Made by a program: the position numbers and the translations under genes. 64,000 nt of DNA, taken from contig NC_087245.1 in assembly GCF_037042905.1 (NCBI RefSeq), positions 2,916,001 through 2,980,000 on the forward strand, in the 5' to 3' direction. The notes under the pieces were generated by a model. It was given only the letters and a program-made list of their open reading frames with translations, did no database searches and had not been told where the DNA came from. Positions within the stretch are counted from its first letter, which is position 1. Every line of letters starts with the position of its first letter. The stretch comes from Lytechinus pictus. Its lineage: Eukaryota. Positions 13,264-27,710 of the stretch are shown one piece after another.

Positions 13264-15083
13264 ATATCATACTTGTATAAATAGTAGGCCTATACAAGTT
13301 CTGGTATTTGAATGGTTGTGAAAGGGGGCTCAGGGGGTAATGAAGAATGAGTGACTTGTATGTTTGATAATGATGTGAGATTTCCTATGGAATCTTGGAA
13401 TACATGTTTTAATATTTCTAAAGTTCTTTGTATTGTGACTTTCCTCAAAGACTTCTGAGAAAGAATTTAAGGTGGTAAATCATGATAACTCATATTTAAT
13501 TCATTGATTGATTGCAAATTTTAGGGGGCTTGATCCAGAAACAAACTATATTTTCTATGAAAATTATGTTTTCAACATCTTATTTGTATACAAAGCATGC
13601 TAACATTAATATTCTAGGAAATTAACAAGATCATATTCTCCATGTACGTCAACATTATACAGATAGAAAATTATTTTACCAGATTTTATTTTCTATGAAG
13701 ATATTGATGATTTCAGTTGTTATTTACATGTATCTCTTCATCATCAATCACATTTATACTATAATATTCTTTTATATACTTCGTTCATACTAACACAAAA
13801 CTGTTATGATGAACAAATTTGGACAAATAAAAAGTTGTGTCTTTATGTTGATGTAGCTAGCGATCACCTGCTTTTCAGACAGGCAAGTGTGGCTGTGTGC
13901 CTTCTCAATTTAATATCTAAATTATTCAAGTCATGTAATCTGAGTCTAATAAGAGAGGACTCTGCTCAAGTATTGCATAAATATTTACACAGATTGGAAT
14001 GAGTCTGTAATTGATATCCTGGCAAGCTGAAGTTCAAGTGGTCAGAACTTGACCATTTTACTTATTAAAACTAAATCAGCCAACAGTTGTGCTAAAAAAT
14101 ATTCACCCCTCACATTTAACATAATTTTGCAACCTGCTTTTTGTGTGAAAGTTGCAATTTTTGAAGGACTTACCATTTGAATGATAAATCCTAGTGTTTA
14201 TTCACCACAGAATGATCAAGTAATGTATTCATCTTGATCAAATGTTCTAAATGCGAGGGGATGGGGAGGGGTTGAATAATTTTGCATACAGGTGTATGTG
14301 TACCACAACTAGAAAACTACAAATAGGTGTACTGCATTATGATGGTGACTGCATATGTATAGGTTTATTTTAACACATTCATTTTTGAGGAGGTGGTTCC
14401 ATTCATTACTTCAAAGATTGAAAAAGAAAACAATTTGAAAGAAACCCTTTGCAATACTTAATTTCTTTTGAGAAAGATTATTAAAAAGCAATATGGAAAT
14501 TAGGCAATCACATCAATATTGTTGTTTTGCAATTATATAATCATTCTGAAGGATATATTCAAAATGGGTAGCCCTTCCCGTATAAAGATAGGAAAGGATT
14601 AATTAAATGAGAGATCGTTCTGTCCTGGAAGTGTGATAATGAGGGATAGGAGTCATTCCTTTTCTTATTCACACATAGGATAGGGCACCTAAAGCAATGT
14701 AACTTCTCATAATTAGGAAATCCTCAAGACACATGTTTGTGATTGGATGAAAGATATCATGTGCAAGAGCCATGGTCCAATGACATGAGGAATGGTAGGT
14801 AAAGGTGCTACCAGAAGCACATTTGCCTTCTGTCCATTCACTAGAGTCAAGCATGATTTGCAGACTATGCATTGCATGCATCCACTACCAGAGATACTAC
14901 TATTGTCTCACTCATACGTAGGCCATTAGCAACTTTGGGATTCTTACTGCTGCCCACGGAGATGCGACGACTCCATTTTAGCTCTTCATTTCCCTGTGTG
15001 TCTAGTATTTAGAATTGATGACATTTGCATGGAGGATATCATAGTCATCTCAATTCTTAGATAAACATTGTCAACTTGCAAAA

Positions 15084-15128
15084 ATGGACAGTAACTCTAC
15101 CAGCTTGATGAGTTTCAGTGATTTTGAA
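15084..15128 (+). CDS. SLC4 gene, alternative candidate first coding exon (MDSNSTSLMSFSDFE)
   Basis: aaaATGG context, 15 open codons, donor GAA|GTAGGT, phase 0. Confidence 0.4.
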
Positions 15129-15641
15129 GTAGGTTATTGGCTTTCCACCTCCATGTCTGAAGTATGTCTTCAGGAAATTAAAGATTTGTGTTCATGTTTC
15201 GTTTACAGAAGATCTTTGACGTCATGATGGGTGTTCAATGAAATTGTGAGGGCATTTAGCCAAGTTGGACGTCATTAGTGGATAACTGATTTATTATGTA
15301 ATACTTTGATGGCCCATAGAACTGTCACATCTGTTTTCTTCCGCCTTTTCATGTCTAAACTTCAGGGATGATAGACCTTTTTATTCTTTCTTAAAATCCT
15401 CAGTGGGTGTAATTGCCTGTCTGAGTAACACTTGATTGGCTTTGTTGCATTCAGGATTTTCTGTTAGATGCTTTGATTTGGATGATTTATCCTCACCTTG
15501 ACATCATGATCATTTCTACATGTAGATCTTCATTGGATAACAGAGTTAACACTTGCAGCCAGAGCCAAATGTAGATGTACCACTCTTACTTGCTTCCAGA
15601 CGTATAATTAACAATATATTTAATTTGTTTTTGGTTTATAG

Positions 15642-15876
15642 GAGGATCTAGAGAGCCATGCTCCCCTTTTTGCTGACCATGAATCAATCAGTGAACTATT
15701 AGAAGGTTCCTCGCTAGGAGGTTCGTCTGCTTTTGGTGGATCAGGCGGGATGCAAGCGGAGCAACGAGATGTGCCAAGGCCCAGGACCCGGTTCATGTCC
15801 CTAGATGTTACAGGCTCTACCCCAAGTAATCTTCTTAAACGATCTCATAGCAATCCAAAGAGATCCAAACCCAAAG
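15642..15876 (+). CDS. SLC4 anion exchanger exon (EDLESHAPL...KRSKPK)
   Basis: Pyrimidine-rich acceptor TTTATAG|, donor AAG|GTAAGA, open frame, phase 0 to 1, GC higher than flanks. Confidence 0.7.
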
Positions 15877-16707
15877 GTAAGAGTACTCCTGAAGACTTTA
15901 TCTTTGAAAAATCTTACTATTGTATGATGAGGTGCATGTACTCCCTATTGTTTGCTCACATCTCTGTTCTAATAGGTGCTCCATCATTATTTGTATTTAA
16001 GAGAGAAAAAAAAAACATATTGTGTGCATGCTTCTATTTCAAAGTGATATTACGACATGTAGTTTTTGAGGGGCTCTTGAATTAGAGGTTTTATATAATA
16101 TTTGTATTAAGGGAACCCTGCTGTAAATGTACAAGCAATTCACATTTCAAACATAACTGATGCAAAACACATATAGTTGAACAATGAATTAACTCACTTG
16201 GAATTTGTAAAAATTTTGTTAAAAAGAGGAAGTAAGACTGAGCATTAAGCAAGTACAGGTAATGAGTTAAATAATCTTACTGCAAGAAAATATTTGTTTG
16301 TACGCTCTCTTTGGTGGGATACAATTGATGCATTAAAACTGATCTTGTGGAATAAGGATTAGCTGTATGAGACATAGTTTGAACTAGGAGGACGTTTAAA
16401 CTATGTTGACATTCATTCTTTTGTTTGAAGAAAGGTTTTTACCGAAGAATTAGTCTGATATCAATAACTCAATTTGCATTAGATATGAATAGAGTGCCTT
16501 TTGAATCATGCTCTTGTTTTGTCAATGGTTGCTCTTAAAAAATGCATAATATTGTTGGGGGTTTGAGGCAAGTAAGTTGCAAATCTCACCAGAAATTCAT
16601 TAAGGGGTGGTGGGGGATCAACTTTTTAAAATGATATAAAGTTTTCTGAATTTGAGTGAGTAGTCACAAGTCATCGGTGGTTACCCATCTTTCTGAATGC
16701 ATTGAGT

Positions 16708-17163
16708 GAGGAGCGTTGTGGCCCAGTGGATTAGTTTGAAACAGAGGGTCGTGGGTTCGAATCCCAGCCATGGGTAATTTCCTTCAGCAAGAAATTTTTC
16801 CACATTGTGCTGCACTCAAACCAGGTGAGATGATTGGGTACCCGGCAGGATTAATTCTTTGAATGCGTTAGCGCTGAAAGGCAGCTCCAGTTAAAGCCGG
16901 AGTAATAATGATAATAACAACGCACCTCAGAATAGAATATTTCTAAATAGATCAGGGAATACTTTTCCTGGTATCGCATCACAATTTGCCCCACTTTTTT
17001 TTATAGACTGCAAAGCATAAAGTCTTTTGTATAGCATATTTTTACATAGGACTGTACATTACTTTGATAGTTGAGAGCTTTTTTCTTATGACCAAAAATG
17101 CTATTCAAATTTGTAAAGCAAAATTATTCCCTGTAGATAGCGCTATATAAATGCCTATTATTA
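16708..17163 (+). mobile_element. Full-length tRNA-derived SINE interrupted by a MITE
   Basis: A box TGGCCCAGTGG, B box GGTTCGAATCCC, conserved-looking body, tail GCGCTATATAAATGCCTATTATTA. Confidence 0.85.
16953..17133. mobile_element. MITE with CAGGG termini and 5-bp TSD, nested in the SINE
   Basis: TIR CAGGGAATACTTTT / AAAATTATTCCCTG; TSD TAGAT; the empty site is visible in the SINE fragment near 7995-8015. Confidence 0.8.
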
Positions 17164-17682
17164 CTGTGAAGAACAGGCATATGAACCAGATTTTATTTTA
17201 CCTGATATTTAGGTAAAAATAATTTGTTTCGAGAAGGAAACTTGTCTCAATTTTCTTTCTTTTCCCCCATGCTGATAGATGTTTTTGTACTTATTTTCAT
17301 TAATTTCATTTTAAGAAGTGACAATGATCATTCTATTTTTTTATTTCCTGTTATATTATACTTATTCATCTATTGCTAATTTGTTTATCAGTGATTTATT
17401 TTTTAGAATGTTTTACTTTATTATTTATTTATCTAATTTTTGTTTTTGGGGGGTCCCATTATGCAAGCGTCATGTTGGTGCAAATACATCCTTAACACCA
17501 CACTTTCACTGATCGCGTGCCTGCAAAAATGTCCTTAGCAGCATGCATTTAAGTGTATTGTGTAAGTGTGTTTCTGCATTGATGAGGTGCGCAACAATGT
17601 TTTACTAAAAAGGGCGTTGTTGCACCCACATGACAACAGATAAAGACCTCCATTTGTATAATTTTCATGGATTTAGAATTTA

Positions 17683-17960
17683 ATTATGCCCCCGCAGACG
17701 AAGTCCGGAGGGGGCAGTAAGCGTTGCCCCTGTCCGTCCGTCCGTCCACTTGGTTTCCGCGCAATAACTCGAAAACTATTTTAAAAGATTTAAAAAATTT
17801 GGGTGTGTAGGTAGATGACACCAAAATACAGGCTAAGTTCGAATTCGGAGTCTGCAGGTCAAAGGTCACAGCTCATTAAATATGCAAGTTGGTTCAATCA
17901 TATTGAATGAATTTCTGATCGTGTTAAGCGGGGCCATCTGTGTCCTGTGAGATTATTCAA
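17683..17960 (+). mobile_element. Helentron-associated non-autonomous element (HINE/DINE-1-like)
   Basis: 5' TTATGCCCCCGC with nearby inverted GGGGGCA, (GTCC)n microsatellite, AGGTCAAAGGTCA core, 3' GCGGGGCC sub-terminal repeat. Confidence 0.65.
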
Positions 17961-20900
17961 TGTTTTATCTGATCTATGTAAGTAATTGTAAGTCTGTAGT
18001 TTATTTGTATATTTCTTTTTGAAATGTTGGAACATGAATCCCAAGTTTGAAATTTGTTTTCTTGGAGGGGTCTAATATATATGTAGGTCATTACGCTACA
18101 TTGGATGAAAGACATTAGTGTATCAGTCTGATTTTCAGATACTCTGTAGTCTGTAGAGAAAAGAACATTTTCAAGTTTTGAGTAGAGTTTACCAAGTGTT
18201 CAAATCTTGGAGATGGACCGTAATCTGGTTAATGTTCTGCCATCATGCTGTGTAAAGCTTGATCATATCTCTCCAGGTGATAAAAAAAAGACTTTGAAAT
18301 CTAAGATAGCCTGAAGCAAAGTGTTTAATCAGTGAAATCTGAGCCCCTTAGGCATCCATATTCTCTTCAAGCAATTCAGAGTGGATTAAGGGGAAACCCC
18401 AAGAAAATACAAACAAATTAAAGGGAGGAATGATCTCTTATCACATTCTGCAGTTGAACAAGTGATATGATAAACATTGTAAAGACATCCGATTATTAAG
18501 GTATCGGGAAAGATATTTTATTGGTTTCTTTCTATGTATTATAATTCTATCTATTTAAACTTGATTACAGTGTATATTTCTATTTCGTTCCTTTTTTGGG
18601 GGGGTCTAGTTCATGAATTGATATTGAATCCCTGAGGCTTGTGGTATCCACTACTATTTTTAACAAGTATATTCTGTACATCAATACCAAGTGTTTATCT
18701 CAATTTTTATTAAAGGTTCAATAAAGGAGTCCAGATTAAATTTACTTGAAAGAGTATGATTTCAGTATGCTACCAAATAAGATTCAATACCTCAAAATAT
18801 AGTGATTCATAGAATGGTAACATGGACAACATCTGCAGTAGATATGGACTTACTGGAAATGATCATCTCCCAAAGTTTTGCTTTGAGATTATCATCCTTC
18901 CATCATCTTTTACATCTCTTAAATTCTTCACACACATATCTTTCCCTCTATAAGGCAATGCCAGTATATAATCTTGTCTGCCAATGTTGTCCCTTGTTAG
19001 TTTTTTCTTTAAAAAATGCATTAGAGATGTTTTCTATTGGGGATGTGCATCTTCCTCTCTCGTACACACATTGTTTTTCACTTCCCTATCTTGTTGTAGT
19101 GTGCCAGTATTATATGCATGATGTTACCATAATTGTAGTGCTATGTTACAGAAATAGCCGAGAGGCTACAAAAAATAGAGAACAATTGTAGAGATTGTAA
19201 TTGCATTGTCCAGTCTATCATTCAATTCTGGTTAACAATTTCTGCTTTCAGACCACACCTCTTTCCGCATCAGAGGCATGCCAGAATGAAATCAGAATCA
19301 AGATTACTGAAAACCTATGTGTATTTTCAGAAATCATCTCCTTCTCTTGGGACTAATTGAAATTGGACAGTGCCATGATTGATCACATGATATCCTTATA
19401 AAACTTGTATGAAAATTCTCTGCAATGACTCATTTATGTGACTTGGCTGAAAAGCTTTTTTGTTGTTGTAAGTTTCAGCGGGAGATTAAAGTCTACTTGA
19501 TCTCCTTTCTCAGAGAGATTTTGATCAGTATTCTTTTTTTGCTTGATCTGTTTGCCTTTTCTCAAGTGATAACGAATATTTTAAGGTTTTGTCTCGAGAA
19601 ATTCATTTTTTGTTTTCCTATAAAAGCTGATACATCTTGCAGAATTTATGTTTTTATATCTTCCGTAATTTTTAGGTTTTTATGGTTTTTATGGTTTCAT
19701 TTCTTAAATGTACTCTTTAATTTGCCTTTTGTTTGCATTGTAATAATGTAAGACCATTGAAAAAGTATCCCAGTATAAAATAAGACTTAATTAGTTAATT
19801 TGTCAATACAATTGATCAAACTTTGTATTGTTTTTGTAGAAGTTTTCACGATGGCCACTTTGTTTATTAATTTAATCCTTTGTTCAAACTAATTCACAAA
19901 ACAATTTAATTGTGGATGTGGTATACATGTATTACATTACATAATATAGAAACAAAAGTTGTAAGGTACCGTATCTGAAATAAGTGTGATGAACAATAAA
20001 TCAAGGTGGAGACTGCCACCATTAATGGCAAGGCTTGAACGGATAACAACTTCTGACATCGTAAATAATCTTGTTCTAGGTGTTGGTGCAGTTGGATCTG
20101 TTGATTAATATAATTTTTTCTAGAAGTATCAGACCATAACTTGATATCTATTTTTATATTTCTTCCCCTTTGAAACTTGTGTATTGCATGCTCTAATAAT
20201 TTTCACATAAAGTAATCCTAGAAAATTGTTTTGATCTCTTTGAAATTGTGTGTTATAATATTCCTTACTTGCCAACTTCTTTATGCTCCCCTGAGTGCTT
20301 CCTTTTATATGCAACTAAGTTTAGATGAAATTTTGATGAGATATTATAGACCATTAGCATAATGGACTGGCTAATATAAATCGTCTGAGTGAGAGGTGTA
20401 GCATATACGTATAATCCGAGTGCTTTTAATGGAAATGTGAAGCATCAGATGATTAGGGATGTTTATCTTTGCAGCTGCTAACCTGTTGTCAATTTGTCAA
20501 TTCCTTGTGATATAGCACTCTCTGATGATGTAAAAGTTATCTTGTATGACTTATTATTAACAGCAGCAGCAGTAGTGGAAGTAATAGAAGTGGTATATTT
20601 TGGAGATGAAAAACATGATTTTCATTCTAATTTATAATCATAGAAGAGAACAGCTCACAGAAAATCTGCAGATCTATGCAGTGTGGTTCAGGTGAAATAA
20701 CAATCATTGTTTTGAAGCAAACCATTCTACCAATCAATAAATCAAGAATAAATGCCCCATTTCCTGAAGACTGTATAATTAGAACTTAATTAAGCATAGA
20801 TGTCCATCAGGATTTACCTGTTGAAAAATAATCCCCCGCATTGAGATCGGCCTTGTGTTGATGTTTTAAAACAAGAACATGTGTATCTCTGGATATTCAG

Positions 20901-21495
20901 AAACTCAAAAGGATCAATTTTGTATTGTCTTGGATTCCGGTTTGGATGGTTACTTTGAGTGAAATTTTTCCCAATTGAACAATTTTGAAATGATGAGAAA
21001 AAGTTAATCCCCTAGCTAGACATCACATGTTCTTGATTCAGTCTTCTGTAATAATGTGCATTGTTTATCATGTATTGATTTCTTTGCTTTGGCTGGTGTC
21101 AAAGTTCTGGCAATATGGAATGCTCTTTTGGGGATCAAAGTAGATAATTCCTAGCCCACTAGTTGTATATGTATGCACATGAAACTTATAATTTTTTTCA
21201 AATCTTGGACTGTTCTCATGAAATCAATTTCATCTCGCATGATTACTTATTATTCCTCTCAAAGTAAAGTAAAAAATATTTTATTTATAGACTGGTAAAT
21301 ATTCCTTGAATGGACAGATGAACTGCTCTGAGGTATGCTAAGGAAAGGGACGAAAAAAACAAAATCCAGGAATATTGACTGTTTCATTCACGAGTTTAGA
21401 GTATAGAAATATCATTTTTCCATAGTGATAAGTGTTGCATCTCTAAGTTGAAATTTATCACATTTACTGGGTAACGTAATTGTGTCTTTCTTTTT

Positions 21496-21880
21496 TAAAG
21501 ATAAATACCAGTTGTGGTATAAACAATTCCAAAATGAGTTCGAACAGAATCCAATCAATTTATCAGTAAAGTGTTTGTATGGTCTGTACCAAAAAGCTCT
21601 GAAAAAAAAGGTGTAATTTCTAAGAAATTAGCAAAATAAGCACAGAATTCCATCAAATTTTGGGTATTTTTTAATCAATATTTATGCACTGCCCCACATA
21701 TGCTTTTCTGTGTACCCCAGTAAATGATCACCAGACCCAAGATTTTCATGACTTTACAAAGATAGGTTTACATTAATGTACCAGATCTAGATGTATGATA
21801 ATATTTTGACAATCAACCTTGATTTTAAAGACTTTCTCTCGAAATACTTGCTTGCTACAACTACTGTCTTTAACCTTTAA
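21496..21880. mobile_element. Old Kolobok-like MITE
   Basis: TTAA-AGATAAATACCAGTTGTGG ... CTACAACTACTGTCTTTAACCT-TTAA; weak TIR. Confidence 0.4.
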
Positions 21881-21980
21881 AGCCATTGATTCAGTTTCAC
21901 TTCATTGCTCTTCCTAATCAGCACCACATTGTCCGGGATGGGGGGGAACTAAACAGCCTGTTAACTGTACTGCAATCATT

Positions 21981-22539
21981 TAGCACTTTTAGAAACGTAC
22001 GTCCACATAGACGACTGGTACGAGATGACATCATTTTTTGGCCTGCCATATGCCTCAGGTCCTCACACATGTCCACTATCAGAATAGAGAACCTCGCCAC
22101 GTCCATTTTGCGGTTCTCCTAAATCATAGTCGACGTGCACGTGAGTGATGTCATTTTAACCGTTCAAGCTCAGCATGAAGATCAGTCTTTCCCTTTTAAA
22201 ACACAGTTTTCAGTGACTTTTCACAAAATTAATATAAGTTGTACGATGCATTATGTTTATCATATTTGAAATTGCTTTCTTATCTCCAAAATATATATCC
22301 TAACTCGCGTAAAAAGGAATCAGCAAGTGAGAGGGCAAGTGTGCACAAGTTGCACCTTCGCATCACCCGACTCATGACCCGCTGGTTATCGCGCTGTTTC
22401 ATGTGGACGTACATACGCGTACAAGTCGAGTGAAATCTAAAGCATTCGCATCTGTGTGAACAAGGGCAGACGACGACGTTGACTCTAACAATCAGATGAC
22501 TGCTACGCCGTTCTCGTTCACTGGTCCTAAAACTCTCTA
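21981..22539 (+). mobile_element. Non-autonomous DNA transposon, copy 1 (copy 2 at 60862)
   Basis: Colinear similarity with 60862-61464; right end CTAAAACTCTC-TA; CpG-rich. Confidence 0.8.
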
Positions 22540-22634
22540 TTAGCAATGTAAGCCTGCTATCATCAGCCTATATGCTGCTAATTTTGATTGGGGGGGGGGG
22601 GGTAAGTGGGAGGGGGGAACTAACCTGGGGGCTA

Positions 22635-22790
22635 GGGTATGTTTCACAAAGACATTTCCAACTAGCTGTACCATTATTGTAGGCCTACATGTGTTAGCTG
22701 GGCTCAGTAGCCAATTACAATCAAGGATTCCATGGACGTTACAATGAATTATAATGGCACAGTTGTAAGTCTTTGTGAAACGGGCACCAG
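22635..22790. mobile_element. Harbinger-like MITE (degenerate)
   Basis: GTTTCACAAAGAC ... GTCTTTGTGAAAC inverted ends followed by CAG. Confidence 0.55.
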
Positions 22791-24576
22791 ATCGATTAAT
22801 TATTGTGTAAGATCAATTGCAAAAAAAAAGGCCTCTTATGATCAATCGCTATATTGTGCCCCGATAGCAAAAGAAGTACTGTAGTGATTAACAGTTTATC
22901 TGTACAATTATGATTTATCATGGTTTGCATATGATTGCTCATACTGATCAAGCAATCAATCATTAAAATTTGCCCTTTCTTCCATTCTTGCAGCCTTGTA
23001 TTAGTGACCCAAAAGAAGCTCTATAATTGATTTAAATGCTTTTCTTACATAGCTCACAGGAGTACAAGTACATGAATTTAATTTTTTTCTTCCAAGACTT
23101 TCCTCTGGATGTAGCAAACTCTTGCTATTCCTGTATACATGCAGGATCTGGCATAAGACTAGGTTGAGATGTTTGTGTATGTAATGGATAAATTCATTTT
23201 GCACAGCTGCTCCCAGTGCTATTTAGATGAAATAAGACGGTAGAATATTCAATGAAAAAAAAAATCTAGTTCTAATTAAGAGATAAGGGGCTTGTCTTTT
23301 GAAGGCTATGAAGGCAATTATGATGGAAACAGGCTTTTTTTTGCAGATTTTGTCAAGAATAAGCTTTGGAGCTTGGGCAATGCTCTCCAAATCCAAATAC
23401 CTTTGGCTAATATGAAGATTTGATTGTTACCTATATTCTGTTTCATGTTTAATATTTATTAACCTCTTTTTTCTCCAGTTTAGCTGTATAAATCCCCTTT
23501 GAATTAGTTAAAAATAGGTATTTATGACTCAAAGCTTGCCACATTCTCTTGAATAATCAGTGTGAAAGTTACAAATATGTTTTGACATTTTTGGCAGTGA
23601 CTACGAGACAGGGCCTTACATATAACAATATCAATCTTCAGCTTTAAATAGCATGTTGCCAGATAAAGATCCCTTCTGTTAGTACCTATCTTAGAGTCGA
23701 AAGTAAAATAAAGGAATGTTGCTTCCAATCACAAAGTATTCAAGTTTCATGCAAAAATCTGAAGAGTAAGTGTTGGAGAATATTAAATATATGTTTGAAT
23801 TTGTCTGGGTTTTTTTTTTTTTTTTGGGGGGGGGGTTGTCAAGAAAGAAGAGGGAATTCAAATTTTATTCAGAAGAGAAGACAAGTATCTTGACATTACA
23901 GGATTGCAGTTGAAGTATTGGTCATTTCCTTTTTCAATCTTTCTCAATTTATTGTGCTTCTGAATAAGAGGTAGAGACATTCATGTTCAGTATCAAAAAG
24001 CACTTCAGTCTCCTTACACTCCACAGTAGAGACCTCAATCTTATACTAGGATGAAAGCCTTCCTCATTTTGTCTGTGTTTTTTTCTTCAGATTCAATTGT
24101 TAATGTTAAGAATTTCCAGTTAACTGAGAGTATCTTGTATTACAGTTACCATTGCCTAAAGTATTTGTCTATAATGACACTTCATTCTGTTAAACCCAAT
24201 TCACAGTCAATTTCCTACACCAATTTACACTGCTTGACTATTAATGCTCGAAGCATTCCAGATTATATCAATTAAGATGTAATTAAAGAGATAAGTGCCC
24301 AACAAGATTCTGCCGCTAGTTTAGTCAGTCTATCTCCTTTAACTTCTTGATTTACAAAGAGGATGAAAGGGGTTCTAGAAGTATGTATTTGTGCAATCAT
24401 AGAAGTGAGATGCGCTGAAACACTCTAACTCCACGTTCAGAGCAAGAGATGTCCTTGCACTGATATTACAAAAAGAATATTTGTTCATCATCTGTTATAA
24501 GAAACAAGTTCTCATCCATGTTTATAAAAACCTGTATGGTGTGGTGTGGTGAATCTATAAGGTTTTATTAAAACAG

Positions 24577-24776
24577 GGGGTGTTTCACAAAGATTTAAGT
24601 ATGACTTAATTGCCTTGTTGCGTGCGGTATAAAAGGCGTGACCGCATTGGTCAGATAGTACCATGAGGACGTGCACTACTGCGTATCAATCAATAAGAAA
24701 GCGCGTTGCATTTCGTGTACGCGTCGGCCTTTAAGTGAGATTCTAAGTCATACTTAAATATTTGTGAAACACCCCC
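24577..24776. mobile_element. Harbinger-like MITE with CAG TSD
   Basis: GGGGTGTTTCACAAAGATTTAAGTATGACTTA / TAAGTCATACTTAAATATTTGTGAAACACCCC; CAG on both sides. Confidence 0.8.
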
Positions 24777-26844
24777 CAGGACATGCAACAAGTATATAAT
24801 GCAGAGACGGATATTTATGAGAAAAGATGTGTAAATTGTAGTTTTATGCACAGCCAAAAGGCTCTAAATGCTATCTTAAAACCCCAGAGATGCATGTAAA
24901 ATTAATGAACACACAGAATCTAAGCACCTTTGGTTTTTTATTTCAGTCTCAATGACATGGCTGCGATTTCTATTCGTTTTTTTTGCTTTGAATTAGATTA
25001 TCTTCCTAGTACATTCACTCATAAGAACCCCAATAAAATCAAATATTTCTTTTGTAGAATAATAAAAATATTTAAAAAAATTATTAAATTTTAGGTGCAC
25101 ATAAATAGGGCTCTCCTTTCTACCTACTATGTATATGCCAAACATTATCCTCTTCATTTTGGACTATAAATACCATGAATTATTAAACTTCTTCCAATCT
25201 CTCTCCATATTGCTTCTCATTATTTCACCCATCTCCCTCACTTAAATCAGCAATGGGCATCGTGGGTTTTTTGTGACAGTGAAAGTCAGTGCTCCATCCC
25301 TGTGCTGGAATATGATACCAAATATTACTTTTACAGAAAAAATATGACAGCATGATAATAATGCAAAATGAGAAAGGCTCCGATTACAAATTATAACAAC
25401 ACAGAATATTTTCTTAGGAAGATGGTCTGTATCAAACTGTTGCGGACAGAGCTTGGGTATTTCGCAGGAGAGTTTATAGCAAAAAAAGCTTTGCACAGAC
25501 TGCAGGGCTTTTCCCTATTCATTGCAAGAGTAGTGGAGTAGATCTTTCATAAATATGATATGGTTGTAAGAAATACCCAAATGTCAAGATACAATGAAAT
25601 TTTTCAATATTAGTGTGATATTTTGTATTGTTACTGTTAAAGAATGCAAGACTTTTTTTATAATTTTGAGAGAAAGTATTAAAACAGCTCAGAAAGTAAC
25701 ATAGGACAAAAGGTAAAATATTTATTTCTGTTGTGACACAAAGTTGTTATATTGTTAAGTTAATGTTATTTCATTGCTTCCTCCATAATTTATACACTAT
25801 ACAATTTATGAAAAAATAGACCTATCTATTTTGATGTTAATTGGGAGAATTTTCCTTTTTCCTCAAGTCAAATTGATGCATCAAATATGAAATACTGCAA
25901 AGTGGACCGTGTATAAAATATGGATGAGAAAGCCTTGACAAACATACATTGAAAAGCCTTACATTGAAAAGCCTTAATAATAATAATAAACATAATAACG
26001 CAGTTCTTGTATAGCGCCTTGAAAGCCTTGAAATACAGATATTAATTACACAGATAGTGAAGTAGCAATATGTTATCCTGGACTTTATTTTATTTCCTGT
26101 CGAGATGTACAAGCAGTTTTAAGGGGGTTGATTTATTGTGTTTGGTGTGCATGATTTCAATAATGAGATGATTTCTATTATATTTGAATCAGTAGGGTAT
26201 TATGGAAACTAAAAGGGGTAAAAAGATAAACACTTTCCATTTTAATTTTAAGTGAATTTCATTCAGGATCTAAAATACAAAAATCTCTTGTAGCTAATGC
26301 TGTAATCATAATTGCAAACCGGAATTGCAAACTGGTCAAACAGGAATCACCTGAGATTCTTAAGCTAATTATTCATTAGTCGTTTTGATAATTATGACTA
26401 CAGTCATAGGCATCCATGTATGATTCTTACAAAATCAATTTCCAGGGTTGCACTGACAGCATAAAGTGTCCTGACAGCTCAGATGTGTCCTATGAGAATT
26501 ATGGTCTGGATGACATTATTCCATCTCAGTGCCCATCTTGCCACTAAGTTGCTCATTCACTTTAAAACCCTTTTTTTGCTTACAACTAAACTTTGGTAGA
26601 TATAAGTAATGCAGTGCTTGAAATAATGTTATAGGAGTAAAATCAAGTCTTGATTAATATGATTGTAAATTGTGTAAGAACTTTGAATTTTGTTTATGTT
26701 TTATGTATAAAAAAGTAGATTTGTTCTAGATTTGGCCGAGTTTCTTTGTTATGCTGTTGCATGGATTTTCCTTTATACTAACAAGTTTATGTGCCCTACG
26801 AGAATTATGGACTGGATGACATCATTCATTCTCTAAACTCTAAA

Positions 26845-27321
26845 GGTGGTTTCAGACTGCCTCGAAGTTTGTCAGTTCCAGGTATTTTCTGATCGGGAAA
26901 TTTGCCCTGATCTACCCAATTAGAAAATACCAGGTAATTTTGGCAGTGTGAAAGTAAATTATGCGTAATATCCCCGAAAGAAAATACCAACTAAATAGTA
27001 GGTAATTGTTGGAAATACAAGAACCTTTGCTGGGCTTTTCCAATGTCGCAGGTATTTTGGCAGTGTGAATTACGGGAACTTTCTTAGCTAAGCGTGGAGT
27101 TGGTTGTGTGCGCTGTGGGTGGCTGCTAAGCTAACGATTTCAAATCTCGCACCTTTGGTGCTTATTGAACCTTACTGCACATGCTCACAACTTCAAGAAC
27201 TGTCTTTAAGGGTATGTTTCTGGGCGGTGTGAATGCAGGAATAATTATCAAGTATTTTTTGCCTAAAAAAGTTTTTTTAATTTAACAGGGATTCTTGTGA
27301 TCAAGGCGGTTTGAAACCACC
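26845..27321. mobile_element. Non-autonomous PIF/Harbinger/ISL2EU-like element, short copy (inverted relative to 59377)
   Basis: TIR GGTGGTTTCAGACTGCCTCGA / TCAAGGCGGTTTGAAACCACC; both subtermini are shared with 59377-60181. Confidence 0.8.
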
Positions 27322-27710
27322 TAATTGCCCATCTTGCTTCTGAGATGATGTATCTCCTGATACGTTAATTGGTTCTGAACTCAGAGGCATCGTTTGGTTT
27401 TAATGACTCTTGTTTGTCTTGCTCTTCTCATCACCTTCATAATCTATGGATATTGGGCAGAGAGATGTCAAAGCCATGAATTATGATCCCCTTAAACACT
27501 TCATAGGGGACGATACTCATTTATTTGTATTCTCTAGAGTAGACAGCGGCTCTTCTTTAATTGGGTAGGGAATCATAGCATGCTTGATTGTTCGCTGGGT
27601 GTATTAGACGTGAAACTCTTCTTTCACTCAGCGTATTGAATCAGTTTGGTAATCAAGAGACTTGCATTCAATACAGTGCTTTCTATATCTTACAAATTAT
27701 ATATTCGAAA

